Shown here: positions 20,179-29,143 of the stretch, piece after piece
Layout of the letters: every line of letters begins with the position of its first letter
How positions within the stretch are numbered: the first letter of the stretch is position 1
Assembly (NCBI GenBank): GCA_016860985.1
Contig: BOKM01000001.1
Location: 317,716-381,715, forward strand
DNA: 64,000 nt
Reading direction: 5' to 3'
DNA from: Patescibacteria group bacterium
GTDB taxonomy: Bacteria; Patescibacteriota; Dojkabacteria; GCA-002793355
Notes under the pieces: generated by a model
What the model was told of the DNA's origin: nothing
What the model saw: the letters and a program-made list of their open reading frames with translations, nothing else
Database searches by the model: none
Made by a program: the position numbers and the translations under genes

Positions 20179-21981
20179 ATGACAGAGTTAGACAAGATTC
20201 GTAATTTTTGTATTATCGCGCATATTGATCACGGCAAGACGACCTTAACCGATAGAATACTTGAGTTAACATCAACCCATCACAAGCGGCAACTTGAACA
20301 ACAAGACCGTCTTACCGATGTTTTAGAAATAGAACAAGAAAGAGGAATTACAATTAAACTGCAGCCAGCAACGATGCCATGGAAAGGGCATCTCCTGAAC
20401 TTAATCGATACCCCAGGACATATTGACTTTACTTACGAAGTATCGCGATCGATGAAAGCCTGTGAAGGTGCACTCCTTTTAATTGATGTGACTCAAGGGG
20501 TTCAGGCACAAACCATTTCGAACATGTTGCTCGCAATGGAGGCAAATTTGGAAATAATCCCCGTGCTCAACAAAATAGACATTGGGGAACATCTTATAGA
20601 AGAGCGCCTAGAGGAGATTGAGCAAATACTCGGATTTAAACGCCACGAGGTCATTTTGGCATCGGGTAAATCTGGGCAAGGCGTTGCCGAAATGTTGGAC
20701 GAAGTAGTTTCGAAAGTTAAGCCTCCTACCGCCTCAGCAATACCTACTACACAAGCCCTTGTATTTGATTCAATATTCGATGAGCACAAGGGTATTATTG
20801 CCGCTATAAGGCTTTTTTCGGGAACAATCAAAAAGGGTGAACCGTACACCTTGATTAATACACAGACAAAGTTTATTGCAAAGAGTGTCGGCACCTTCTC
20901 CCCCAAAATGGTAGAAACTGAAGAGCTTACCGAAGGCATGGTTGGCTATATAGCAACAGGAATAAAAGATGTTAAGCAGGTACGTATTGGCGACACAATT
21001 GCACTCAAAGCGACAGACACTGCAATCTCAGGCTTTGATAAGCCAGCCCCAAAAGTATTTGCTTCACTTTACCCTGAAAATAAAGAAGATTATATTTTGC
21101 TTAAAGAGAGTATCCAAAAACTCTCCCTTAACGACGCTTCGTTGAGCATTCAAGAAGATTATTCCCCACTCCTTGGGCAAGGATACCGTGTTGGGTATTT
21201 AGGGCTGCTGCATCTTGAAATCACAAAAGAAAGATTAGAAAGAGAATTTTTAGTTGATACTGTTGTTACCGTACCAAGCGTCGAATACCATGCAACGTTA
21301 CATAACGGTGAAAAGATTCAGATTAAGTCTGCCTTTGATTTACCACCGTTGCCCTCAATAAAACTACTGGAAGAACCCTTTATCAAAGCGGAAATCCTAA
21401 CTCCAAGTGACACGATGTCATCCATATACGACATCATTATGGAATATAGAGGAGTCATAATGAATACGAAAGATACCTTTACTTCGCACGTGAGTAACTT
21501 GAATTACGTAACACTGGAAATTGATATGCCATATGCAGAACTGCTTAAGGGGTTCTTTTCCGTTATGAAGAGTGCAAGTCACGGTTATGCCTCGTTACAA
21601 TATGGGAACTTTACATACAAGCCAACCCAACTTGTGAAGGTTGATGTTCACGTGAATCATGATATTGTTCCTCCACTTTCGTTTCTTGAGATTCCTGAGC
21701 GCGCTAGGGACCGAGCCGTTTCAATGCTCGAGACACTAAAGAAATCTATTCCCCCACATATCTTCTCTATTCCACTACAAGCAATGGTTGGAGGAAAAGT
21801 ACTGGCACGAGAAGATGTTGCCGCTTACAAGAAAGACGTGACTGCGAAACTTTATGGTGGTGATATTACACGAAAAATGAAGCTTAGAAACAATCAGCAA
21901 AAGAAGAAACGCGAAATGAAAATTACTGGCAAAGTAAGAATTCCGAGCGAAGCCTTTATCAAGATTATCAACTCGAATTAA
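20179..21981 (+). CDS. lepA: elongation factor 4 (LepA)
   Basis: NFCIIAHIDHGKTTLTDRIL, DTPGHIDF, NKID, and LepA C-terminal domain. 600 aa. Confidence 0.9.
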   Translation: MTELDKIRNFCIIAHIDHGKTTLTDRILELTSTHHKRQLEQQDRLTDVLEIEQERGITIKLQPATMPWKGHLLNLIDTPGHIDFTYEVSRSMKACEGALLLIDVTQGVQAQTISNMLLAMEANLEIIPVLNKIDIGEHLIEERLEEIEQILGFKRHEVILASGKSGQGVAEMLDEVVSKVKPPTASAIPTTQALVFDSIFDEHKGIIAAIRLFSGTIKKGEPYTLINTQTKFIAKSVGTFSPKMVETEELTEGMVGYIATGIKDVKQVRIGDTIALKATDTAISGFDKPAPKVFASLYPENKEDYILLKESIQKLSLNDASLSIQEDYSPLLGQGYRVGYLGLLHLEITKERLEREFLVDTVVTVPSVEYHATLHNGEKIQIKSAFDLPPLPSIKLLEEPFIKAEILTPSDTMSSIYDIIMEYRGVIMNTKDTFTSHVSNLNYVTLEIDMPYAELLKGFFSVMKSASHGYASLQYGNFTYKPTQLVKVDVHVNHDIVPPLSFLEIPERARDRAVSMLETLKKSIPPHIFSIPLQAMVGGKVLAREDVAAYKKDVTAKLYGGDITRKMKLRNNQQKKKREMKITGKVRIPSEAFIKIINSN

Positions 21982-22592
21982 TCGAGCGACGTGAGTGAGG
22001 CGTAAAAAGCAACGACCGCAAGTGCAACATGTACATTGATGGATCCGCCTTTTCCATACATTGGTATCACCACCGCTCGATCAACTGCTGAGATTGTCTT
22101 TTTCGAGAGTCCGAACATTTCACTGCCCACCACAAATGCAATTTTTGTTGGGTAAGATATTTCTGTATACAATTGTGACTCTTCGCACTGTTCAATGGCA
22201 ACTACTTCGTATCCTTCTTTTTTAATTTCAGCAATCGCTTCTAAAGTCGACTCTCTATATTCCCACGAAACAACTTTCTCCTTTCCTCTTGATACTTTTG
22301 ATAAGTCTTTTCCAAACGGTGGGCGGTGAGATTCTCCTGTTAGGAATATCTTTTTTGCTTTTAACGCGTCTGCAATTCGGAACAAGCTCCCTACATTTCG
22401 GGCATAAGACATATTTTCGGCAATCAAAACTATCTCTCGCTGCTGCTTATATTGCTTATTGGTCTTTTTGACCGCTTTTGGTGAAAGTTTCGTCATCATA
22501 TCGTGAGAGTATACGAGGTGTTCCCCATGTTGTAAACTCTGAACGAAAAACTTTCGCAGGAGAAAACGTAAGTTGACGCTCTGCCTTAGCAA
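21978..22592 (-). CDS. SpoU/TrmH-family RNA 2'-O-methyltransferase (true start likely at internal Met near 22499)
   Basis: SPOUT motifs: VLIAENMSYARNVGSLFRIADA, VVGSEMFGLS, VVIPMYGKGGSINVHVALAVV. The first 31 codons overlap the upstream gene. Confidence 0.7.
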   Translation of the reverse strand: MLRQSVNLRFLLRKFFVQSLQHGEHLVYSHDMMTKLSPKAVKKTNKQYKQQREIVLIAENMSYARNVGSLFRIADALKAKKIFLTGESHRPPFGKDLSKVSRGKEKVVSWEYRESTLEAIAEIKKEGYEVVAIEQCEESQLYTEISYPTKIAFVVGSEMFGLSKKTISAVDRAVVIPMYGKGGSINVHVALAVVAFYASLTSLD

Positions 22593-23277
22593 TCATCAAT
22601 ACACCAGCAATGTAATCGAGCGCATCAAAAAATACATCCCAAACAGACTTCTTATGAGAAGCTGAGGTTGCATTCTTTATCACCTCTAGATTTCGGGTAT
22701 ACCAGGTCGGAAAATATTTTTCTATCCATTGGTTCTGCTCAAGCAGTAACCGATACTCTCCAATATCTTTAATGTAAAGAGGGATTGCATCTACAAATTG
22801 CATCGCATAAGACGCCGTTTCTTTTTTCAGATGTAGGGAATCAAGCGTTGAGTAGAAATTAAAACAAAGCTTATCGTTTACCCGCGACTCTTCAACTCCA
22901 TCACGTGCCAAACGACGTTTTCCGATTAATGTATAAAGAAAAAAATCAATTGCTCTTGTTAGCCAAATTCTCCTAGGATTTACGATAATCCATACATCGA
23001 TATCATCCTGTGGTTCAGCGTTAAGTGAGGCAACAGAACCTGTAATAAAGAGCATTCGTACCCAAGGAAGGTAGGTTAACCATTTTAAAACTTTTCTTGC
23101 CGCGTCGATTTTGGCCAATGAATATCTGACTTTCTTTTGCAAGGACTCATCCAGCTCATTTGTGCTAGATTCATTACCAATATAGCGTGGGTATTCAATT
23201 CTCGTGTACCTCCAGCAATCAACTGGCCATCCAAAAGAATGTTTAACCTCTTGAAGTATTTCAAATTCTCTAGTCAT
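22456..23277 (-). CDS. Pol-beta-superfamily nucleotidyltransferase-like protein
   Basis: GS-x(n)-DxD signature ITGSVASLNAEPQDDIDVWIIV followed by a helical C-terminal region. 273 aa. Confidence 0.4.
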   Translation of the reverse strand: MTREFEILQEVKHSFGWPVDCWRYTRIEYPRYIGNESSTNELDESLQKKVRYSLAKIDAARKVLKWLTYLPWVRMLFITGSVASLNAEPQDDIDVWIIVNPRRIWLTRAIDFFLYTLIGKRRLARDGVEESRVNDKLCFNFYSTLDSLHLKKETASYAMQFVDAIPLYIKDIGEYRLLLEQNQWIEKYFPTWYTRNLEVIKNATSASHKKSVWDVFFDALDYIAGVLMIAKAERQLTFSPAKVFRSEFTTWGTPRILSRYDDETFTKSGQKDQ

Positions 23278-23317
23278 TACTCGCAGATTTCCAATATTTT
23301 TGCTACACTAGCGTAAC

Positions 23318-24136
23318 ATGTATGAACACGCAATTCCACAGAACATCATGGAGTATGAGTTTGAGCTTTTTGCAGGCTTAACTCTCAAGCAATTTATCTA
23401 CGTCGCAGTATCGGGCGGGTTTGCCTTTGGTTTATACGAATTAAACAGAGCTGGCCTTTTTCCCGCTTTCTTTGCATGGATTACTATTCCAATAATCCTT
23501 TTGGTTGGCGTCACACTTGGCTTAGGCTCGTATCAAAAACGAACAATGGAAGATTGGTTCAATGCATTTGCCAAAGCAAATGCGCTAACCCTTCGCCGAG
23601 TATGGAAAAAAGATACAAAAGCAGTTACTCACGATAATTTTCATGCGACAAAACCGCACTCGCTTCCTTCGTACCTTGCGGTGTATTTTATGAACCAAGA
23701 CGAGTTTACGCGATTAATGCGCAACAAAGGGGCAATAGAGGATTCTCATGAACCTACCACTATCGTACAGCCACTTCTTCACGCAGAGAATATCCCAACC
23801 ATTCAAGAGGTTATTCAACTTACTCAAGCTAATGCCTCAGATTTTGCGGAACCTGGTGTAACGCTTCCAGCAATACCAAACACGATTGCCTTCAAGTTAC
23901 AAGAAGATAATCTTCCAATGGAAGGTGTAGTCGCCTATGTAAAAGATGCCAATATGAGCGTCGTCGGTGCGCTTCGAAGTAACAAAGATGGCATTGTTTA
24001 TTTTAATCAAGGATTTCAGAACGGAGATTACGAAATCGAATTTCAATCGCCAGAAGCTGCAACGTTTCCGAAAGTGAGAGTGCAATTTCAAGGTCTCACT
24101 TACCCACTTATTAATATATCACCAACAGGTTCATAA
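23318..24136 (+). CDS. VirB3/PrgI-like membrane protein with C-terminal extracytoplasmic domain (T4SS-like module)
   Basis: Two adjacent N-terminal TM helices (FIYVAVSGGFAFGLY and FFAWITIPIILLVGVTLGLG). Lies immediately upstream of the VirB4-like genes. Confidence 0.4.
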   Translation: MYEHAIPQNIMEYEFELFAGLTLKQFIYVAVSGGFAFGLYELNRAGLFPAFFAWITIPIILLVGVTLGLGSYQKRTMEDWFNAFAKANALTLRRVWKKDTKAVTHDNFHATKPHSLPSYLAVYFMNQDEFTRLMRNKGAIEDSHEPTTIVQPLLHAENIPTIQEVIQLTQANASDFAEPGVTLPAIPNTIAFKLQEDNLPMEGVVAYVKDANMSVVGALRSNKDGIVYFNQGFQNGDYEIEFQSPEAATFPKVRVQFQGLTYPLINISPTGS

Positions 24137-24138
24137 TT

Positions 24139-24768
24139 ATGGCACTCGGTCCAGGGCAAAGCCCCATAACTCAAGGTACGCAAGATATTCTTGAAGTAGC
24201 GGACATCATGAATGATTTGCTCATTACTCGAAATGGAACCGTTTGTTTAATCTTAAAAACTTCTTCAGTAAACTTTGACCTTTTATCCGAAGACGAGCAA
24301 GACATTAAAATTGCATCCTTCGGTTCTATGGTTAACTCACTCGACTTTCCTCTACAAATTCTTATTGAAACAAAGAAAATTAACATCAGTAAATATGCTG
24401 ACTTTCTAGATACAATGGACACTCCAGACCTTAGCCCCGGACTAAAGCGCCAATTTACGGTTTATAAACAGTTTATAAGAAACCTTATTACAAATAAGGA
24501 AATCCTCGATAAACGTTTTATGATTGTGATTCCCTATAGAACAGGTACCTCTGTTGCGCCAAACGCAACAATCGAGCAAAAACAGAAGCTAATCGAGAGC
24601 GCGACAGGCTATTTGTATCCAAAAAAATATCACGTGATAAAAATGTTAAAAGGCATGTCGCTTGAAGCTGAGCAGATGTCGAACAGCGAAATTGCCAAGT
24701 ATCTTTATTCAGTTTACAACCCAGCGGACTCAATCCGTTTAGATGATTTACCTCAAATATACGTATAA
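24139..24768 (+). CDS. VirB4 N-terminal-domain-like protein (first part of a split VirB4, or separate accessory)
   Basis: LLITRNGTVCLILKTSSVNFDLLSEDEQD resembles the N-terminal region of VirB4/TrbE ATPases. Its stop TAA is followed 1 nt later by the ATG (24770) of the ATPase gene. Confidence 0.45.
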   Translation: MALGPGQSPITQGTQDILEVADIMNDLLITRNGTVCLILKTSSVNFDLLSEDEQDIKIASFGSMVNSLDFPLQILIETKKINISKYADFLDTMDTPDLSPGLKRQFTVYKQFIRNLITNKEILDKRFMIVIPYRTGTSVAPNATIEQKQKLIESATGYLYPKKYHVIKMLKGMSLEAEQMSNSEIAKYLYSVYNPADSIRLDDLPQIYV

Positions 24769-26638
24769 TATGGCACTCCTCGACTTATTCAATAAAAAAA
24801 AACCAACTCAAACTGCAGAACAAGGAGCACAACCTCAAGTTGAGCAGCAGCAATCAGATCCAAACCCTGACTTTAGTATTCAGGACCTGCTTGCTCCGCA
24901 ATATTACGAGATTGATTTTAATCACGTGCAGATTAACAAGCGTTATTACAGAATTCTCATGATTACGGACTTTCCTCGTGTAGTCCGTTCTACATGGCTT
25001 TCTCCACTAGTAAACTTTGAATCTTCACTTGCAATCAGTACGTTCTACTACATCGTTGATTCAGACGAAGTTATTGATAAGCTCAAGAAAAAAATTGCAG
25101 AACTCGAAGCAACTCTTTCGACACAATACGAAAAAGGTGTAGTTCTTGATCCTAAGAGTAAAGTCGCCTATCAAGATGCCCAAGAACTTATCGACAATGT
25201 TGCATCAGGCAAGGAAAAATTCTTTAACATGGGAATGTATATTCGTCTTAATGCAGACGATCTTACAACACTTGAGAATATTTCTAAGAATGTTATCTCG
25301 ACACTCAAGGCAATCGGACTTTCTGCAGTCCCACTTACGCTAAAAATGCACGACGGATTCGATACAACACTTCCATATGCACTCGACAAAATATATCGTG
25401 TTCGAAACATGGATACGACCTCTATTGCAATGACCTTTCCCTTTGTTACGTCGGACCTTACCATGGACAGAGGAATTCTTTACGGCGTCAACATGCACAA
25501 CAACAGTATGGTTATTTTCGATAGGTTTAGCATGCCTAACCTAAACGAAGTAGTTTTCGCGACTTCTGGTGCAGGAAAGAGCTATTTTGTAAAACTTGAA
25601 GCCTTGAGATATTTGCTTACAGGTACGCAAGTGATGATTATCGACCCTGAAAACGAGTATGAAAAACTTGCTAAATCGGTAGATGGCGAATACATTACCT
25701 TTACTCAAGACGAAGGCGCAAAAATTAATCCCTTTGAGTTCCTAAAGTCTTCAAAAGATGGCGTAAGAAACGTCCTTCGCGACAAAGTATTAAGCCTCCA
25801 CTCGTTTATTAAATTACTCCTTGGAGAACTAACAAATGTCGAAGTTTCAATTCTCGACCGCGCCTTTATCCTTACGTATAACGAAAAAGGCATCAACAAC
25901 GACCCTGAAACATGGAATAACAAGCCACCACTGCTCGAAGATTTGTATAAGATTCTCAAAGGTATGGCAGAACCTGAGGCGCGAGCACTTTCAGGCCGGT
26001 TAGAAAAGTATGTTTTTGGAAGTGCTGCCGGCGTCTTTAACCAAGAGACAAATATCGACATCAAGAACAAATTTACAGTATTTAGCATTCGTGACCTTCA
26101 AGATGATCTCCGTCCAATCGCCATGTATATGGTGCTCGATTTCATCTGGACTCGAGTACGTGAAGATATAAGACCAAGAATCCTTGTTGTCGACGAAGCC
26201 TGGACCATGATGCAATACGAAGATTCCGCACGCTTTATTTACGGTATCGCAAAGCGAGGCCGAAAATATTACCTTGGGCTAACGACTATCAGTCAAGATG
26301 TTGATGAATTCTTAACGTCAAAATATGGAAAAGCGGTAGTAACCAACTCAAGCTTGTCGCTTCTACTTAAACAGAGCCCTGCTGCGGTTGATTTAGTCGT
26401 AAAAACCTTTAACCTCTCTTCCGGAGAGCGATCATTCGTATTGAGCGCTAAAACAGGAGAAGGGCTATTCTTTGCCGGAAGAAGCCATGTAGGAGTTTCA
26501 ATTATTGCAAGTAGAGCCGAACATAGACTTATCACCTCAAATCCAAAAGAACTCGCAAAAATGAAATCACAGAGTACAGAATTTTCTGAGGACGATATTT
26601 CAGAGGGAGCCTTAGTTTTTGAGCAAGGAAGTGAATGA
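24743..26638 (+). CDS. VirB4/TraE-like type IV secretion ATPase (probable true start ATG at 24770)
   Basis: Central VirB4 segment RYYRILMITDFPRVVRSTWLSPL; Walker A FATSGAGKSYF; Walker B ILVVDEAWTMM; sensor LTTISQ. Confidence 0.8.
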   Translation: MIYLKYTYNMALLDLFNKKKPTQTAEQGAQPQVEQQQSDPNPDFSIQDLLAPQYYEIDFNHVQINKRYYRILMITDFPRVVRSTWLSPLVNFESSLAISTFYYIVDSDEVIDKLKKKIAELEATLSTQYEKGVVLDPKSKVAYQDAQELIDNVASGKEKFFNMGMYIRLNADDLTTLENISKNVISTLKAIGLSAVPLTLKMHDGFDTTLPYALDKIYRVRNMDTTSIAMTFPFVTSDLTMDRGILYGVNMHNNSMVIFDRFSMPNLNEVVFATSGAGKSYFVKLEALRYLLTGTQVMIIDPENEYEKLAKSVDGEYITFTQDEGAKINPFEFLKSSKDGVRNVLRDKVLSLHSFIKLLLGELTNVEVSILDRAFILTYNEKGINNDPETWNNKPPLLEDLYKILKGMAEPEARALSGRLEKYVFGSAAGVFNQETNIDIKNKFTVFSIRDLQDDLRPIAMYMVLDFIWTRVREDIRPRILVVDEAWTMMQYEDSARFIYGIAKRGRKYYLGLTTISQDVDEFLTSKYGKAVVTNSSLSLLLKQSPAAVDLVVKTFNLSSGERSFVLSAKTGEGLFFAGRSHVGVSIIASRAEHRLITSNPKELAKMKSQSTEFSEDDISEGALVFEQGSE

Positions 26639-27477
26639 CCCCGCGAATCAAATTACAAGAGTTTGTTTTTATCGGTAGTCTTATTTGCGTTTCTGTTATT
26701 GGGATTGTTCTGCTCTCTTCACAAAAAGATTTAAGCTCAAAAGACTCACAAGCTGCAAGCGGAAATATATTCGACGTAACAGTACCGGCCAATCAACCAA
26801 CCAATACTCCTACTCCCTCAGTTACCAAAAGCGCAAAGGCTCAAGACGTGCCACTTAAAGTACTAGGCCGAAAAGAGATTGGAGAACAATCGTACTTGTA
26901 CACAGAGCTCGCAAGCAAAGGACTAATCTCAAATGTTGCTGCAGACAACGTTACCATACACTGGTTAACAGAAGCTCCACAACAAACAAAATTATATTAC
27001 GGAAAAAAGGAAAACCTACTCATTAAACAGTTTTCCGACTCAGATTACAGCTATATTCATACCGCTAAATTGGAAACACTTACCCCAAATACACTCTATT
27101 ATTACTCTGGTCACGCGCCAATTACCGAAAGCTTTGTTTCAGCTCCGCAACTTCCCGTTGCCCCAGCACTCTTAACCTTGCAAGGCACAATTTCGAAACA
27201 GGCCGGCGAATGTCTGATTCGCGCCATAATAAGCAATGAAAACAAAGCTTCTTCTTCAATGACTGCTGCATTTAAAGGGAGTGAATGGAAACTTGATTTG
27301 AAAGGGATTAGGAGCGCCGATTATTCTGCATATTACACACCTAATAGCAACGACTCCGTTGAGTTTGACGTACTTTGTATCGATAATAATAAATCCGTAT
27401 CTAGCGCCAAAAAGAAAGTTTTATACCGCCAAGCAGTGTCACAAACTACCAGTATTGTGCTTGTTAATGAGGATTGA
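26635..27477 (+). CDS. membrane-anchored secreted protein with FN3-like (purple-acid-phosphatase N-terminal type) domain
   Basis: N-terminal TM; VTIHWLTEAPQQTKLYYGKK...LTPNTLYYY pattern. Its start overlaps the VirB4 stop (ATGA). Confidence 0.45.
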   Translation: MTPRIKLQEFVFIGSLICVSVIGIVLLSSQKDLSSKDSQAASGNIFDVTVPANQPTNTPTPSVTKSAKAQDVPLKVLGRKEIGEQSYLYTELASKGLISNVAADNVTIHWLTEAPQQTKLYYGKKENLLIKQFSDSDYSYIHTAKLETLTPNTLYYYSGHAPITESFVSAPQLPVAPALLTLQGTISKQAGECLIRAIISNENKASSSMTAAFKGSEWKLDLKGIRSADYSAYYTPNSNDSVEFDVLCIDNNKSVSSAKKKVLYRQAVSQTTSIVLVNED

Positions 27478-27510
27478 GCGCGAATCGCAAATTTGGTATA
27501 ATACGCAGTT

Positions 27511-27597
27511 GGAGGGGTGGCCGAGTGGTTGATGGCGTCAGTCTTGAAAACTGATGTAGGGTTTTCCCTACCGTGAGTTCGAATCTCTCCCCCTCCG
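27511..27597 (+). tRNA. tRNA-Ser (anticodon TGA), class II with long variable arm
   Basis: Hand-folded: acceptor GGAGGGG/CCCCTCC, 3-bp D stem, anticodon stem TCAGT/ACTGA with loop CTTGAAA, 19-nt variable arm, T loop TTCGAAT (one U-U mismatch in T stem). No encoded CCA. Followed by a T-run. Confidence 0.85.
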
Positions 27598-27731
27598 TTT
27601 TTTTCTTGCTGTGACCTGAGCAAATTATCCTCCTTCCATTTATTCTCGGGCACTTAAACACCTTGATTCACCTTCAATACTCTGCTATAAAGACCTTCCA
27701 AGTGAATAATCTATAAAAAAAGCCCTATAAC

Positions 27732-27995
27732 ATGACAAAAGATACCGTAACATACAATGAACATCCAGGACTAGAAGTCGTGAGAGAAAAGTTGAGTGCA
27801 TACGGAGAGGTTGTACTCACCCCAGATGAACGCAATTCTCTACGGCGAAATGGTCATATAATGGCAACGAGAACAGATTTGGATTGCGATGCGATGAAAG
27901 AAGAATTAGAAAAAAGCGAACACATCGAAAAATTCAAAATTAGATACGACGGGATGGTACCAATCTATTATTTTGACGTACAGCTATCAAAGTAA
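27732..27995 (+). CDS. hypothetical protein
   Basis: 87-aa ORF; no motif recognised. Confidence 0.3.
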   Translation: MTKDTVTYNEHPGLEVVREKLSAYGEVVLTPDERNSLRRNGHIMATRTDLDCDAMKEELEKSEHIEKFKIRYDGMVPIYYFDVQLSK

Positions 27996-28033
27996 AATAT
28001 AGCCGAGAATTTCTTCTACCGGTATAATCAGCA

Positions 28034-28792
28034 ATGATTGACGAAACACTTCGAATATCTACACCTTCTGGGCAGCAAGTACTCGGCAGAATAACAGGTA
28101 ACGAAGATGGTGATCAAATTATCGTTTTTTCTCACGGATTTGGCGTAAAAAGTGATTCGAGAGGAATGTTCAATCTTCTCGTCGATGTCATCAAAGAAAA
28201 ACACCTCACCGTACGCTTTCATTATGTAGTTGTTGATGATCTAACACAAGAAACAATCGCAAGTTCCTACACAGAGCAGGCCGAAAAACTTCAAACAGTC
28301 GTTGAACGGGTACGACAACGCTTCGGGAATAAAGAGATTGTGCTTATTGCTCACTCACAAGGTTGCTTTATCTCTAGCATGGCCCTCGTTCAAGGGCTAG
28401 CAAATGTTGCTTGGCACGTATTACTCGCACCTCCACCAACCGAAAACGTAAGTGAACGTACAAAAGCGAAATTCAAATCGAGAAAAGGTGCAATTTTGAA
28501 CGAAGCTGGCAGAAGCATATACCCTCGAACAGACGGCTCAAAAACAATTATTCTTCCAAGTTATTGGAAAGATGCTGAAAACATTCACCCACTAGAACTT
28601 TATCGCGACGCATTTCCACTTGTTCACACGACAGTTATTTGGGGAACACAAGATACAACGATTCAACAAGAAAATTTCGCTCGAATCCAAGAACTACATC
28701 CCTCCGAACTATATCAACTGCCTAATGGGCATGAGTTTATGGAAGACAAACTGAAAGGGGTTATTGATATTCTTTCCAAGAAAATTCTTTAG
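28034..28792 (+). CDS. alpha/beta-hydrolase fold protein
   Basis: Nucleophile elbow LIAHSQGCF (GxSxG-like), HGFG oxyanion region, 252 aa. Confidence 0.55.
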   Translation: MIDETLRISTPSGQQVLGRITGNEDGDQIIVFSHGFGVKSDSRGMFNLLVDVIKEKHLTVRFHYVVVDDLTQETIASSYTEQAEKLQTVVERVRQRFGNKEIVLIAHSQGCFISSMALVQGLANVAWHVLLAPPPTENVSERTKAKFKSRKGAILNEAGRSIYPRTDGSKTIILPSYWKDAENIHPLELYRDAFPLVHTTVIWGTQDTTIQQENFARIQELHPSELYQLPNGHEFMEDKLKGVIDILSKKIL

Positions 28793-29076
28793 CAATTTGC
28801 TTCAATGTCCGATCTACTTAGCATTAGAGATGCATGGCAATTCGCACAATGTCCAAAATAGCACTGGCACTGTGGAGTATTCCGCTCATCAAACACATCA
28901 ATTATAAACTGCTTTCCTCTTTTACGATCTTGTTCGGGTAATTCACAGGCAATTCCTTCCGGCGTGAGATGAGGCGTTAAAATATACATTTGTCCAACAC
29001 AATTTAGAAACGCTTTGCATTCTTGCGTTTCCGTTGGTACGTGTGAAGACTTACCCAACATTGATTCCATACACAA
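28789..29076 (-). CDS. small Cys/His-rich hypothetical protein (possible metal binding)
   Basis: 95 aa with 9 Cys, including CQCYFGHCANCH. Convergent with the hydrolase gene. Confidence 0.3.
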   Translation of the reverse strand: MCMESMLGKSSHVPTETQECKAFLNCVGQMYILTPHLTPEGIACELPEQDRKRGKQFIIDVFDERNTPQCQCYFGHCANCHASLMLSRSDIEANC

Positions 29077-29095
29077 TAATTATACTCTACTTACA

Positions 29096-29123
29096 AAAAG
29101 AAGGGGCAACCGCCCCTTCTTTT
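29096..29123. terminator. bidirectional rho-independent terminator hairpin
   Basis: aaaaaGAAGGGGCaaccGCCCCTTCttttt: 8-bp GC stem extended by A/T pairs, with T-runs on both strands. Lies directly downstream of the 29144..29698 minus-strand gene. Confidence 0.5.
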
Positions 29124-29143
29124 CCTAATCGAAAGGAATATAC

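Noticed and set aside
23318-27597. Integrative element / genomic island inserted at tRNA-Ser
   Set aside because: No integrase, excisionase, relaxase or direct repeat of the tRNA 3' end is visible in the window. The tRNA adjacency alone is insufficient.
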